A stretch of 64,000 nt of DNA, from contig CAIKXY010000004.1 of the NCBI GenBank assembly GCA_903831595.1, positions 7,152 to 71,151 of the forward strand, in the 5' to 3' direction. The translations under genes and the position numbers were made by a program. This DNA is from an uncultured bacterium (GTDB taxonomy: Bacteria > Patescibacteriota > Minisyncoccia > Phycocordibacterales > GWA1-40-21). Of the stretch, positions 1 through 10,312 are shown piece after piece. Each line of letters starts with the position of its first letter. Position 1 is the stretch's first letter. The notes below the pieces were generated by a model that worked only from the letters and a program-made list of their open reading frames with translations, searched no databases and was not told the origin of the DNA.

Positions 1-112
1 CCCAAAGTTTCTTTACAACTTCTGATCTTGGCATTGGTCCCTTACCAACTATTTTCTCAAGGTCAGCACTAACTTTTAAAGGCTTCATAAATGCAGAATT
101 TTCTTTTGCCAT
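1..112 (-). CDS. SWIB/MDM2 domain protein, N-terminal fragment (gene continues beyond window start)
   Basis: Minus-strand ATG at 112..110 reads MAKENSAFMKPLKVSADLEKIVGKGPMPRSEVVKKLW, typical of bacterial SWIB-domain proteins. The ORF runs off the window edge. Confidence 0.45.
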   Translation of the reverse strand, partial: MAKENSAFMKPLKVSADLEKIVGKGPMPRSEVVKKLW

Positions 113-236
113 ATTTTTGTTTGCCGTCCACCTGTCGGAGGATGAGGCTTAAATTATTAAAACTATTAATAAAAGAATTATACTCCTTTATGCTAAGTCT
201 AGCAATACCTTGAAAAAGACGCATAAATAGGTCTAA

Positions 237-656
237 TTATAAGTCTAAAAGATTCAAACCTACTTCATCACTAAATTTTCTATCAACTTCACCCTCAATT
301 GAGTCAATTATAACTTCAAAAGTGGCGCTGACTAGTGCTGAAGTGAGATGCCCACCAAATGAATTGTGTTTTGTGTCAGCGATATTAGCGTGTAAATGCA
401 AATATATTTCTCCATTCATGGTTGAAATATTTCCGACAAGTGGAACAATTTCAAAATCACCACTAAACTCTTTCGAATGATATTTTTTTGTCCCTGTTTC
501 AAATAGACCAATGATAATTTTATTTGCTGCACCAATACCAGAAACTGAGCCAAGCTTAATTTGATTTTCTTTACAAATATTTTTTAGCGTTTCAACAATT
601 TCTTCACCTTTATCAATTCTGACAATGTATTTTGTTGCGATTTTTTTATATTGCAT
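237..656 (-). CDS. PPC/DUF296 domain (AT-hook-like DNA-binding) protein
   Basis: 139-aa ORF. The sequence pattern (IVRIDKGEEIVETL...GSVSGIGA...ISTMNGEIYLHLH) matches the PCC/DUF296 fold. Confidence 0.5.
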   Translation of the reverse strand: MQYKKIATKYIVRIDKGEEIVETLKNICKENQIKLGSVSGIGAANKIIIGLFETGTKKYHSKEFSGDFEIVPLVGNISTMNGEIYLHLHANIADTKHNSFGGHLTSALVSATFEVIIDSIEGEVDRKFSDEVGLNLLDL

Positions 657-663
657 TTATATA

Positions 664-1266
664 TTATTTAAAAGGAACTTTATTGTCTTTAAATTTATCC
701 TCTGTAATTTGAATACCAATTTTTCTTGAAAGGACTGAGCGAATTTCTTCAGCAATAAATTTATCAACTTTATCAATAACGACCTCATCCATAACATGAC
801 CAGATTCTTGTTCGGTGCTTAGCATTTTTATATCAACAGTGCTCAAACCGAGTACCTGATATATTAGTGAACGTTTAATATGGACATCTTGTATTTGACG
901 ATATGGAATTAGGGTTTCATATTTATTTATAATACCTGTCTTTATTAAAAAATTAAATTCATCAAATCTGTATGTATAATTTTTGTGTTCAAGCCATGCA
1001 ACTAAAAGCCCAATCGCTGTAGTAAAAACGCCGAACAAAAAAAGTATTATATCTAGAAACATCACAATTGAGGTAACGTTTATATTTGCTGTACTTAAAA
1101 AATTTAAATTTTCAACAACACTGGAAATACCTATAACAATGAACTGTCTCAATAGGCCAACGATCAACGCAAGTAAAAGTATGATTACTCCAACCGTAAC
1201 TCTTCTTAGAGCAAAAAGAAAAAGCGCTTTGTATTCAAGATGCTGTTCTTTGCCCATTGGAATCAT
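664..1266 (-). CDS. membrane protein with bacterial PH (bPH_2/YdbT-like, DUF304) domain
   Basis: 200 aa with two N-terminal TM helices followed by a PH-like region (YRQIQDVHIKRSLIYQVLGLSTVDI). Confidence 0.45.
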   Translation of the reverse strand: MIPMGKEQHLEYKALFLFALRRVTVGVIILLLALIVGLLRQFIVIGISSVVENLNFLSTANINVTSIVMFLDIILFLFGVFTTAIGLLVAWLEHKNYTYRFDEFNFLIKTGIINKYETLIPYRQIQDVHIKRSLIYQVLGLSTVDIKMLSTEQESGHVMDEVVIDKVDKFIAEEIRSVLSRKIGIQITEDKFKDNKVPFK

Positions 1267-1575
1267 ACTGGTATTATATAATATGTTTGCTAATTATGTA
1301 AATACCTTTGCTAATGTTAATGGTAATGGCGCAACCTTTTATTGGTTGCGCCGTTTTATTTCTTTTTTTTCTTCAATATTTTCCCGGTTTTAAGGAAATG
1401 TTCTGCACCCCTTTTTCCTCCCAATTTCTGAATTACTTCTACTATAAAATCAATGCTTATATTTCTTAAAACTGATTTTTTCATATCAATCTCCTTGATT
1501 GAATTTTGTACTAACCCCTACAATGATATCAAGAAAGAAATAATTATCAATAATAATTTGTTATAATTAAACTAT

Positions 1576-2814
1576 ATGCAAGTGAAAAAAGAAAAAACGA
1601 TTTTACACATTGATGGGGATGCATTTTTTGTGGGTGTTGAAATGGCAAAAAATCCAAAACTTAAAGGAAAGCCGGTTGTTACTGGTGAAGAAAGAGGTAT
1701 TGTTTCTGCACTTTCATATGAGGCAAAGGCACTTGGTATAAAAAGAGGCATGCCGATATTTAGGGTAAAGCGTGATTTTCCAAAAGTCACAATTCTTCCT
1801 GGAGATTATAAAGCTTATGTTCAATATTCAGGGAAAATGTTTGATATTGTCCGTAGATATGCTGATGATGTTGAGGAATATAGTATTGATGAATGTTTTG
1901 CTGACCTTACTGGAATTGAGCGTTTACATAAAATGAATTATAGGCAAATAGCTGAGCAAATTAAAAAAGAAATAAATGATGAGCTAAATATTTCCGTCTC
2001 GATTGGCCTTGCGCCGACAAAAGTACTATCAAAAGTAGCATCAAAATATGTTAAACCAAATGGCCTTACAATAATTACAAAAGATACCACTTTGGATTAT
2101 CTTTCAAAAACACCAATAGAAAAAATATGGGGTATTGGCCCAAAAACGTCTGACTACTTAAAAAGAAAAGGAATTATAACTGCAAAAGATTTTATCCAAA
2201 AAAATGTTACGTGGATTAGAGAAAATTTATCAAAGCCATACGAAATACTTTGGAATGAATTAAACGGTGAATATCTGATGAAAATTGATCCAATTACAAA
2301 GACTATTTATTCTTCAATACAAAAAACGAGGTCTTTTTATCCGGCAACTAATGAAAAAATATTTTTGCTTTCTCAGCTTTCTAAACACGTGGAAGAAGGT
2401 TGTGCAAAAGCAAGATATTATAAACTTGTTCCAAAAAAAGTTTCATTTTTTCTTAAAACAAAAGATTTTGTAATTAATGAACATCAAATTACACTTAATT
2501 CAACGACAAATGTTCCTGAAATATTAATACCATTGATTGAAGAGAATTTTAATAAAGTTTATAAGAAAAATATTTTGTATAGAACTGCAGGTGTAACTTT
2601 TAATGAACTTATTTCAGATGATATTAATCAGGGTGATTTATTTGGTAATAATAATTTGTCAAAGAAATTTGAAGTGATTCACAAACAAATTGATTCACTT
2701 GAAAATAAATTTGGCAAACATATTGTCTATCTTGCTTCCACGCAAAAAGCAATTAAAAGAAAAGTGAAGGGAACTGACTCAGATGATTTTGATAGAGATT
2801 TGTTGTTTTTGTAA
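1576..2814 (+). CDS. dinB: DNA polymerase IV (Y-family translesion polymerase)
   Basis: Starts ILHIDGDAFFVGVEM and carries conserved Y-family palm and little-finger motifs. Length 412 aa. Confidence 0.85.
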   Translation: MQVKKEKTILHIDGDAFFVGVEMAKNPKLKGKPVVTGEERGIVSALSYEAKALGIKRGMPIFRVKRDFPKVTILPGDYKAYVQYSGKMFDIVRRYADDVEEYSIDECFADLTGIERLHKMNYRQIAEQIKKEINDELNISVSIGLAPTKVLSKVASKYVKPNGLTIITKDTTLDYLSKTPIEKIWGIGPKTSDYLKRKGIITAKDFIQKNVTWIRENLSKPYEILWNELNGEYLMKIDPITKTIYSSIQKTRSFYPATNEKIFLLSQLSKHVEEGCAKARYYKLVPKKVSFFLKTKDFVINEHQITLNSTTNVPEILIPLIEENFNKVYKKNILYRTAGVTFNELISDDINQGDLFGNNNLSKKFEVIHKQIDSLENKFGKHIVYLASTQKAIKRKVKGTDSDDFDRDLLFL

Positions 2815-2841
2815 ATAATACTTATTTGATACAATACCAAT

Positions 2842-5800
2842 ATGGAAGGTGGACCAAAAAATACAAATGAATTAGAAAAACAGGCCTTGATTGATGAGGT
2901 GGTATTAAATCTTAAAGGTGGTTTTATTGATAAAGCTTATAAAATTATAAAAGATAAGCCATTTGCTGATGAAATTATTAAATTACCCATAATACAGAAA
3001 CTCGCAACTGAAGAAATGGTAAGTAAAATTGATTATTTAAAATTTAATGACGCTATTAGAGTTAAAAAAATTTATGATATTCCGGATAAAGTAATAGAGT
3101 CCAAAGATATACAACTCAGTATTAAAAAAAGTGTTTTTTCTTTATTAAGTTACTCATTGATTTTTAATGATAATTCAATTAGGGAAAATAATAAATATTT
3201 ACCTCTAATAACAAATGATGAAATTAAAAAAGAGATAATACTAAAAATTACGGATGCTATGGGTCATACTGACCTAATCAAGCAATTAGAAAATATAGCA
3301 GAAACATTTTCTATACCTGATAAAATAATTAATTCTCCGGAAGTACAAAAATCGGCAATAAAATCCATGATTTCAAATATTGATATTGGTAACTTTGATA
3401 TATTCATAAAAATAAAAAATAAATTTAATATTTCTGATGAAATTTTAAATTTAAATAAAATATACAAATCAGTAATTAGCGGAGTGAAACGTTGTATAGA
3501 ATCAAATTATAAAGATAAAGAATTAGCAGGTATTATTAAATATTTTAATGTCCCCCAAAATGAAATACAGAAAATTGCTATAAAAGCAATGATAGATACA
3601 TTTGTTAGTGACAGTAAAAATAATGAGTATAGTGAATATAAAAAAATTATAAAAAAATATTCTATATCTGATGAAATATTAAAAAAAATTAAAACACAAC
3701 ATGAAGTTTTAGATAAATTACTAAATGATGATTTTTTTCAACCAAAATTGATTCAAAAAGTTAAAGAGGCATTTTTTATTACTGATGAAACCTTAAAATC
3801 GCAAGGTGTCAAAAATATTGTTATCAATAGTATTGTGAATTCGCTTGCAGATGACAATGTTAATAGATTTATAAAAATTAAAAAAGCCTTTAAAATATCA
3901 GACAATGAACTAATATCTCCTGATATACAGCAAACTGGTTTGAAAAAAATATACGCAAATTTTTCTGATAATTATAAAGGTAGTTTTTCAGGAATTATAA
4001 ATCTAATTGAAAAATTATCTATTCCTGACGAAATATTAAATTCTAAAGAAATGCAGAGAAATGCTATTGATGGTATAGCACACAAACTTAATGATTTTAA
4101 AGAAGAAGGTAGCTCTTACATACTGAAGATAATTGATAAATTTCAAATAAATGATGACGTACTAAAATTACCAAGGATACAAAAAGCAGCAAAAAATGCT
4201 GTAATTAATTGCATATATTACTGGGATTCAAATGGGGCTTTGGAAATAATAAAAAGATTTGGATTATCAAATGAATTATTAAAATCTTCTAAAGCTCAAA
4301 AAACTATTATGACTAGTATTGGGCTTTCTCTTAGTCAAGGTTTCATTGATACTGCATTAGAAATACAAAAAAAGTTTTCAATAAGCGATGATATATTTAA
4401 ATTACCCGATATGCAAAAATATATTATTGATGGAGTCACTTATTTATTAAGTATTAATCATGGCAGAGAAATTGACCAAGTAGTAAAAATGCTAGAAAAA
4501 TTTCAAATCAATAAAGATATTTTATCTAAAATGTTAACAGAAGATATAATCAGTTTTTTAGTAAATTACGGCCGTGCTCCTGAATATGTAAAGAGAATCC
4601 AATCATTATCATTGTCTGATAAATTATTTCAGTCCACTGAAATACAAGAGGTAGCAATTCAAACTATAATTAATAAATTTAAAGATAATAAATATGTTGA
4701 TGCATTGGAAATAATAGAAAGACTAAATGTTGAGATTCCAATAGAAAAGCTATTTGCTTTGCTTCCAAAATTTAAAAAATTAATAATTGAAGTTGAAAAA
4801 ATATATCCGAAATTGAAAGAAAAAATATACAAATCAAAATCATCTGAATTAAAGTATGAACTAATAAAAATATCAATTAAAAATTCTGATACAAAAGAAT
4901 TTATTAGTGCAATTAAAGATAATCCGTTTTTAATGGATGCCGTTGATAGAAATGAACAGTATGGCCCACACCTTCTAGCTAAATACATTGAATTTGATGG
5001 ATATTCAAAAGAAAATATTTCAATGCTTTTTGATACAAAAAAGAAAATTATGTCTGAGAATCCTGATATTGACCCTGAATCAGTTGAATTTAGAATATTA
5101 ATGCAAGAATCGTTGATGGATTTCAAAGATAATAAAAAGATTATTGCTGAAATAGAGAAGTCAGGAATAAAATCACAAGAGTGGTTAAACTACGAAGAAA
5201 CAACGAATTTCACACTAAATTCAGCAGAAGGAACACTTTCTTTTGCAGAAACAGTACAAACTCCATTAAATAGAATAAAAGAAACTATTGGTAGTTATTC
5301 AAATAAGATAAAAGAAGTTCTCAAACAATACATTGAAGAACTCAAAAAAGCACAGATTCCGATTGAAGATGCATCACAAATACAGTCACAGATACAAAAG
5401 ATGGAGAGTGAGTTAGAAAAAGCCAAGGTAGAAGGTAATGAGAGAAAAGTGCAGGGGATTGAAAAAGGATTATTGGGAATGAGAAAGAAACTTGAAACAA
5501 TCAAAACTGTTTCAGTTTGGGAAAAAATACTTAGTGACATTAGTGGATTTGATATGTTGAAGAATGATATCTCTTCTGCACAAGAAAAACTTACTGATGC
5601 TGAAAACCAGATTTATTCAGCAATGTCCGAAAAAGAACCGTCTGGCAAAAAGATTACCGAACTCAAAAAGATTTTGGGCGATTCAAAACGTGATTTCCAG
5701 GATAAATTTATGATGCTTGGAAAAAGAATTGCTAATTTCAAAGAAAGTTTGCTTGATAGACTATCATCTCTTGGCAAAGAACGTGCAGAATCATTAATCC

Positions 5801-6996
5801 AAGAAATAGAACAAGGACTAGCTGAGCAATTTGCTCACTATGATACCGATAAAGATACATTGCAGAACTTATTTGGTGAAAAGATGGAAAAAGATAAAGA
5901 AGTACTTGAATCAAGACCTATGAGTATTTTTGTTTGGGCAAGAAACCCAGATGTAGACCTATATCAAGGTAATTATTCACCTTGTTGTATTTGTATAGAT
6001 AGCGCACATATGGGAGCAGAATCAACAATAGCAGACTACGCTACTGATCTTGGAGTACAGATTGTAAATATCTGGGATGAAACTACAAATAAACCGGTAA
6101 CGGCTGCTTGGTGTTGGATAGGTGAAGATGATGCAGGTAAGCCAGCACTTGTAGTGGACAATGTCGAGTCAAATACTTTGTATAGTTCAAATTATTCTGA
6201 ACAACTCTCAAAAGAGTTACTAGATTATATAAAAGGATACGGAAAAGCTATTGGCATAAATAAAGTAGTACTTGGTAAAGCAAACAACGATTTGCCTAGT
6301 GCAAGTATAATGTCAAAATTGAAAGATAACGAAAAAACATTTACTAAACTTGGTGGTGCAAACCGTGCAGATAGTTATTTCCTTGAAGCTGAAGATGAAA
6401 ATGTAAAAGTAATATGGGATAAAGCAGAAAAAATTGAAAAGAAATCAAAAACTGAAGAAAAAGAAAGAATAAAATTTAATGATATTAGTATAAAATCTAT
6501 TGAAAATACTGATTTTGATTCTATAAAAAAACTAGAGAAAATTATTTACAGTGATGATTTAGCAATAGGTCAAGAAATGATAGAGGAATTGAAACACAGT
6601 AATGGTATGGAATATTCATTTATTGTGGAGGGTGTTCCGGAAGGTAAAACTGAAGTAGAACCTATAGGATATTTGGTTGCCACAGAAGATGAAACAGATG
6701 AGGGTGAACCATGTGTATATTTGGATGACATAGCTGTATTACCAGAAGCACAAAAACAAGGAATCGGTTGGAAAATGTTCAAAAATATAATTGATATATT
6801 AAAAACGAAAGCACAAGCCAAAAACCAACCTATACTCTTTGATATGCACTTGAGAAATTCATCAAGGGAGATGCTGGACAAACACATTAATGACCTAAAA
6901 GCTCTTGGAGTTGAAATGACTGAAGAAGCATTCGTACCTGACCACTATGATGAAGGAGATGATGCGGTGTATAGGGTATATAAGGTTAGTATATAA
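2842..6996 (+). CDS. large multidomain protein: about 15 tandem ~38-40-aa helical repeats, a coiled-coil segment, a Cys-containing domain, and a C-terminal GNAT N-acetyltransferase domain
   Basis: 1,384-aa uninterrupted ORF. Recurrent units resemble F.ISDEIL..P.IQK.AI. The coiled-coil region spans aa 780-960. The C-terminal region contains a GNAT motif A (LPEAQKQGIGWKMFKNII). No signal peptide or TM helix. Confidence 0.6.
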   Translation: MEGGPKNTNELEKQALIDEVVLNLKGGFIDKAYKIIKDKPFADEIIKLPIIQKLATEEMVSKIDYLKFNDAIRVKKIYDIPDKVIESKDIQLSIKKSVFSLLSYSLIFNDNSIRENNKYLPLITNDEIKKEIILKITDAMGHTDLIKQLENIAETFSIPDKIINSPEVQKSAIKSMISNIDIGNFDIFIKIKNKFNISDEILNLNKIYKSVISGVKRCIESNYKDKELAGIIKYFNVPQNEIQKIAIKAMIDTFVSDSKNNEYSEYKKIIKKYSISDEILKKIKTQHEVLDKLLNDDFFQPKLIQKVKEAFFITDETLKSQGVKNIVINSIVNSLADDNVNRFIKIKKAFKISDNELISPDIQQTGLKKIYANFSDNYKGSFSGIINLIEKLSIPDEILNSKEMQRNAIDGIAHKLNDFKEEGSSYILKIIDKFQINDDVLKLPRIQKAAKNAVINCIYYWDSNGALEIIKRFGLSNELLKSSKAQKTIMTSIGLSLSQGFIDTALEIQKKFSISDDIFKLPDMQKYIIDGVTYLLSINHGREIDQVVKMLEKFQINKDILSKMLTEDIISFLVNYGRAPEYVKRIQSLSLSDKLFQSTEIQEVAIQTIINKFKDNKYVDALEIIERLNVEIPIEKLFALLPKFKKLIIEVEKIYPKLKEKIYKSKSSELKYELIKISIKNSDTKEFISAIKDNPFLMDAVDRNEQYGPHLLAKYIEFDGYSKENISMLFDTKKKIMSENPDIDPESVEFRILMQESLMDFKDNKKIIAEIEKSGIKSQEWLNYEETTNFTLNSAEGTLSFAETVQTPLNRIKETIGSYSNKIKEVLKQYIEELKKAQIPIEDASQIQSQIQKMESELEKAKVEGNERKVQGIEKGLLGMRKKLETIKTVSVWEKILSDISGFDMLKNDISSAQEKLTDAENQIYSAMSEKEPSGKKITELKKILGDSKRDFQDKFMMLGKRIANFKESLLDRLSSLGKERAESLIQEIEQGLAEQFAHYDTDKDTLQNLFGEKMEKDKEVLESRPMSIFVWARNPDVDLYQGNYSPCCICIDSAHMGAESTIADYATDLGVQIVNIWDETTNKPVTAAWCWIGEDDAGKPALVVDNVESNTLYSSNYSEQLSKELLDYIKGYGKAIGINKVVLGKANNDLPSASIMSKLKDNEKTFTKLGGANRADSYFLEAEDENVKVIWDKAEKIEKKSKTEEKERIKFNDISIKSIENTDFDSIKKLEKIIYSDDLAIGQEMIEELKHSNGMEYSFIVEGVPEGKTEVEPIGYLVATEDETDEGEPCVYLDDIAVLPEAQKQGIGWKMFKNIIDILKTKAQAKNQPILFDMHLRNSSREMLDKHINDLKALGVEMTEEAFVPDHYDEGDDAVYRVYKVSI

Positions 6997-7055
6997 ATTT
7001 ATAACTTTTAATTCCAATAAATCATTTTTTTACGCATCTCGAGCGTCGCTCGACT

Positions 7056-7129
7056 TGGCTGGGGAACAGGGACTCGAACCCCGATACCATGCGCCAAAGG
7101 CATGTGTCCTACCATTAGACGATTCCCCA
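7056..7129 (-). tRNA. tRNA-Gln (anticodon TTG)
   Basis: Reverse complement TGGGGAATCGTCTAATGGTAGGAC...CTTTGGC...GGTTCGAGTCCCTGTTCCCCAGCCA folds as a cloverleaf. Anticodon loop is CTTTGGC and the 3' CCA is encoded. Confidence 0.85.
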
Positions 7130-7227
7130 ATATTTGAAACGAATTAAGAATACAAGAAAAATCAATATTATTCAAGTTTAATTATAAATATTTGCGATAT
7201 AAAATATTAACTGTATAATCAATTACT

Positions 7228-8022
7228 GTGAATATAATTGAAGTAAAAAATCTTGTAAAAAAATTTGGAGACTTTATCGCTGTTGATAATATTTCTTTTG
7301 ATGTTAAACGCGGAGAAATATTTGCATTTCTTGGACCAAACGGAGCAGGGAAGTCAACAACGATTAAAATGCTTACAACTCTTTTAAATCCAACATCTGG
7401 AAGCTTACTTTTAGATGGAAATAATCCGGTGCTTGATTCCAATAAAGTTAGAAAGTCATTTGGTATAGTTTTTCAAGACCCAAGCCTTGATGATGAGCTT
7501 ACAGCTTGGGAAAATATGGAATTTCATGGTGTTTTATATGACGTTCCAAAGAAATTAAGAAGAGAAAGAATTGAATATCTATTAAAATTTGTGGAACTTT
7601 GGGATAGAAAAAATAGCTTAGTAAAAGAATTTTCTGGTGGAATGAAAAGAAGACTTGAGATTGCTCGTGGGCTTTTGCACCATCCTAAGATTATTTTTCT
7701 TGATGAACCCACTCTTGGTCTTGACCCACAAACAAGAAATCATATGTGGAATTATTTGAAAGAATTAAATAAAAATGAAGGAACAACAATTTTCTTTACA
7801 ACCCACTATATGGAGGAGGCAGAGAAAATTGCCCAAAGGATTTCAATTATTGATAATGGTAAAATTATCGCATCTGGAACCGCAGAAGAATTAAAAACAA
7901 AAGCTAACGCAAAATCACTTGAAGAAGCATTTTTGAGTTTAACTGGTAAAACAATTAGAAATGAAGATACTGGATCAAAAGACAGTATGAGAATGCATCG
8001 TAGAATGTGGACTAAAAGATAA
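7228..8022 (+). CDS. ABC transporter ATP-binding protein
   Basis: Walker A GPNGAGKST, ABC signature LSGGMKRRL, Walker B IIFLDEPT. GTG start. Confidence 0.85.
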   Translation: MNIIEVKNLVKKFGDFIAVDNISFDVKRGEIFAFLGPNGAGKSTTIKMLTTLLNPTSGSLLLDGNNPVLDSNKVRKSFGIVFQDPSLDDELTAWENMEFHGVLYDVPKKLRRERIEYLLKFVELWDRKNSLVKEFSGGMKRRLEIARGLLHHPKIIFLDEPTLGLDPQTRNHMWNYLKELNKNEGTTIFFTTHYMEEAEKIAQRISIIDNGKIIASGTAEELKTKANAKSLEEAFLSLTGKTIRNEDTGSKDSMRMHRRMWTKR

Positions 8023-8027
8023 ATATT

Positions 8028-8774
8028 ATGAAAACAATATATATACTTTGGTTAAGACAATTAAAAAGATATGTGAGATCAAAATCAAGAATGATTGGTT
8101 CTCTTGCTCAACCTTTGCTTTTTCTGGTTTCTTTGAGTTTTGGTTTTGGACCAATTTTCCAAAAAGCTGGTGATGGAAACTATCTAAATTTTCTTGTTCC
8201 GGGAATTATTGGAATGAGTATAATTTTTTCTGCAGTTTTTTCTGGTATGGAAATTATTTGGGATAGGCAATTTGGTTTTTTGAAAGAAACTTTAGTGGCT
8301 CCTGTGTCACGATTTAATATTATGTTTGGAAGAACACTTGGTGGAGCGACAATGTCAGTTGCCCAGGGTCTAATCGTATTTTTTATTTCATTATTTTTAG
8401 GTTTTAGACCTACAAGCTGGATAATATTTCCATTTGTACTTTTAGTAATGTTTTTAGTTGCTATTTTATTTACCGCACTTGGAACGATGATTGCATCGCT
8501 TCTTGAAGATATGCAAGGTTTTCAACTCATCATAAACTTTCTTGTTATGCCATTATTTTTCTTATCAGGAGCAATCTTTCCACTTCAAGGTTTACCAAAA
8601 GCTCTAAGTATAATCTCTTCGCTTGATCCACTTGCATATGGTATTGATGCTTTTAGAAGCCTGCTGATTAACGTCACACACTTTGGACTTGGGACTGACA
8701 TTTTAGTGTTATCTATTACATCACTCATTTTTTTGGGCTTAGGAAGTTATTTTTTCTCAAAAATTCAAATATAA
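8028..8774 (+). CDS. ABC-2 type transporter permease
   Basis: 248 aa with six predicted TM helices, immediately downstream of the ATPase gene. Confidence 0.75.
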   Translation: MKTIYILWLRQLKRYVRSKSRMIGSLAQPLLFLVSLSFGFGPIFQKAGDGNYLNFLVPGIIGMSIIFSAVFSGMEIIWDRQFGFLKETLVAPVSRFNIMFGRTLGGATMSVAQGLIVFFISLFLGFRPTSWIIFPFVLLVMFLVAILFTALGTMIASLLEDMQGFQLIINFLVMPLFFLSGAIFPLQGLPKALSIISSLDPLAYGIDAFRSLLINVTHFGLGTDILVLSITSLIFLGLGSYFFSKIQI

Positions 8775-8805
8775 ATACTAGACACTTTTTGTGATAGAAT
8801 AATTC

Positions 8806-9390
8806 TTGATGAATAAATCTGACATAGAAATTATTATTAAATATCTAAATGGCGACAAAAATAGTTTTACTGAAATTGTAAATCGCTATTTAAAGGTAAT
8901 ATATAATTTTATATATAGGTTTGTTGGTAATGAAAAAATTGCAGAGGATATTACCCAAGAAACTTTTTTAAAAGCATGGAAAAATCTGAAGAAATTTGAT
9001 GCAACAAAAAGTTTTAAAACTTGGGTTTTTTCTATTGCAAAAAACACAGCTATTGATTATTTACGAAAAAAGAAAGATATTCCAATTTCAATGTTTGATA
9101 ATGATAATGGTGAAAATATTATAGAAGACACACTTACTGATGAAGAATTAAAAGCTGATGAAGTATACATAATGGCAGAAAATAAAAAACAGGTTGAGAA
9201 TGTTTTAACTAAATTAACACCAATTCAAAAAGAAGTTGTGATATTAAAATATGTAAGTGAACTGTCTTTGTCAGAAGTCTCAGAAATAATGAATATACCA
9301 AGAGAAACAGTAAAAAGTCACCACAGAAGGGCTTTAATAAAAATGAAGAAATTACTTGAAGAAAAACATGCACCCAAATTATCAAAATGA
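8806..9390 (+). CDS. RNA polymerase sigma factor, ECF (sigma-70 family group 4)
   Basis: Region 2 (ITQETFLKAWKNLKKF) and region 4 HTH (LSLSEVSEIMNIPRETVKSHHRRALIKMKK). Confidence 0.85.
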   Translation: MMNKSDIEIIIKYLNGDKNSFTEIVNRYLKVIYNFIYRFVGNEKIAEDITQETFLKAWKNLKKFDATKSFKTWVFSIAKNTAIDYLRKKKDIPISMFDNDNGENIIEDTLTDEELKADEVYIMAENKKQVENVLTKLTPIQKEVVILKYVSELSLSEVSEIMNIPRETVKSHHRRALIKMKKLLEEKHAPKLSK

Positions 9391-9406
9391 GCGTATAAAC
9401 AAATGT

Positions 9407-9808
9407 ATGGATAGCAAAAATCAATTATTTAATATTATAGAGCCTAAAAATCAGCTAAAAAAATCAGTTATTGGCAAGATTAAGGCGTTAGAAATGAAAA
9501 AAACTATTAATAATGTGGTTTTTAGCTCATTAATTTCGCTTGCTTCGATAGCTTCGATTGTTTTTTTTATAATAAATATTATTAATGACGCAAGCAAATC
9601 TGGGCTATCACAATATTTATCACTCATATTTTCTGACGGAAAGTTAATTGCTTCTTATTGGCAAACATATGTTTTGTCTGTTGTAGAGTCACTACCAATA
9701 ATTCCAATCGCAATAGTTGTTGCTTCATTTTCAATTTTTGTATGGTCACTAAATAAGTTCTTAGAAAATATTAGAAATACAAAGTCGGTATTTTATAAAA
9801 TTAATTAA
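9407..9808 (+). CDS. putative membrane anti-sigma factor (hypothetical, 2 TM helices)
   Basis: ORF directly after the ECF sigma gene. The start was moved to the first ATG after the sigma stop (MDSKNQLF...). No recognisable domain; the anti-sigma role is inferred only from position. Confidence 0.3.
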   Translation: MDSKNQLFNIIEPKNQLKKSVIGKIKALEMKKTINNVVFSSLISLASIASIVFFIINIINDASKSGLSQYLSLIFSDGKLIASYWQTYVLSVVESLPIIPIAIVVASFSIFVWSLNKFLENIRNTKSVFYKIN

Positions 9809-9821
9809 TTATAAATATTAT

Positions 9822-10310
9822 ATGCAAGAAATAAAAACGGTCTTAAAAAATTCAAAAGTAAGATTAGCAATATGCATTTTTGTTAGTGTTTTTTTCGCTC
9901 TTATAATCTTTCAAGCTGGAGTTTTTGTTGGTTTTAAAAAAGCAAGTTTTTCTTTTAGGACAGGTGAACAATGCTTTCGCCAAGTGAACGGCAGGTTAAA
10001 CGGAGCATTTGTGGGAATTGGAAAGGATGATTTTCCAAATTCACATGGTGCAATTGGTAAAATACTTTCAATTAAACTTCCTATAATTGTAGTTTCTGAT
10101 AGAGATAATGTTGAAAAAACAATAATTGTTGGTACAAGTACTGATATAAGACAGATGAGAAATCAATTGGGTGCAAAAGATTTAAGAGTTAATGATTTTA
10201 TTACTGTAATTGGTGAACCAAATACAAATGCTGAAATAGAAGCTAAACTTATAAGATTGATGCCTACACCAGAAATTTTACTAAATAATAGTACAAGTAC
10301 AATTAAATAA
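9822..10310 (+). CDS. hypothetical membrane-anchored protein
   Basis: 162 aa with an N-terminal TM helix and no recognised motif. Confidence 0.35.
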   Translation: MQEIKTVLKNSKVRLAICIFVSVFFALIIFQAGVFVGFKKASFSFRTGEQCFRQVNGRLNGAFVGIGKDDFPNSHGAIGKILSIKLPIIVVSDRDNVEKTIIVGTSTDIRQMRNQLGAKDLRVNDFITVIGEPNTNAEIEAKLIRLMPTPEILLNNSTSTIK

Positions 10311-10312
10311 AT

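Noticed and set aside
983-1393. 136-aa plus-strand ORF
   Set aside because: It lies antisense within the better-supported minus-strand membrane-protein gene (664-1266) and has a low-complexity composition.
7039-7053. Small GC hairpin (TCGAG-cgtcg-CTCGA) adjacent to the 3' end of tRNA-Gln
   Set aside because: It is not followed by a T-run on either strand, so it is not a credible intrinsic terminator. It is possibly a processing structure, and is left unannotated.
6947-7147. 66-aa ORF overlapping the tRNA-Gln region
   Set aside because: It overlaps a clearly folded tRNA-Gln on the opposite strand and so is a spurious translation.
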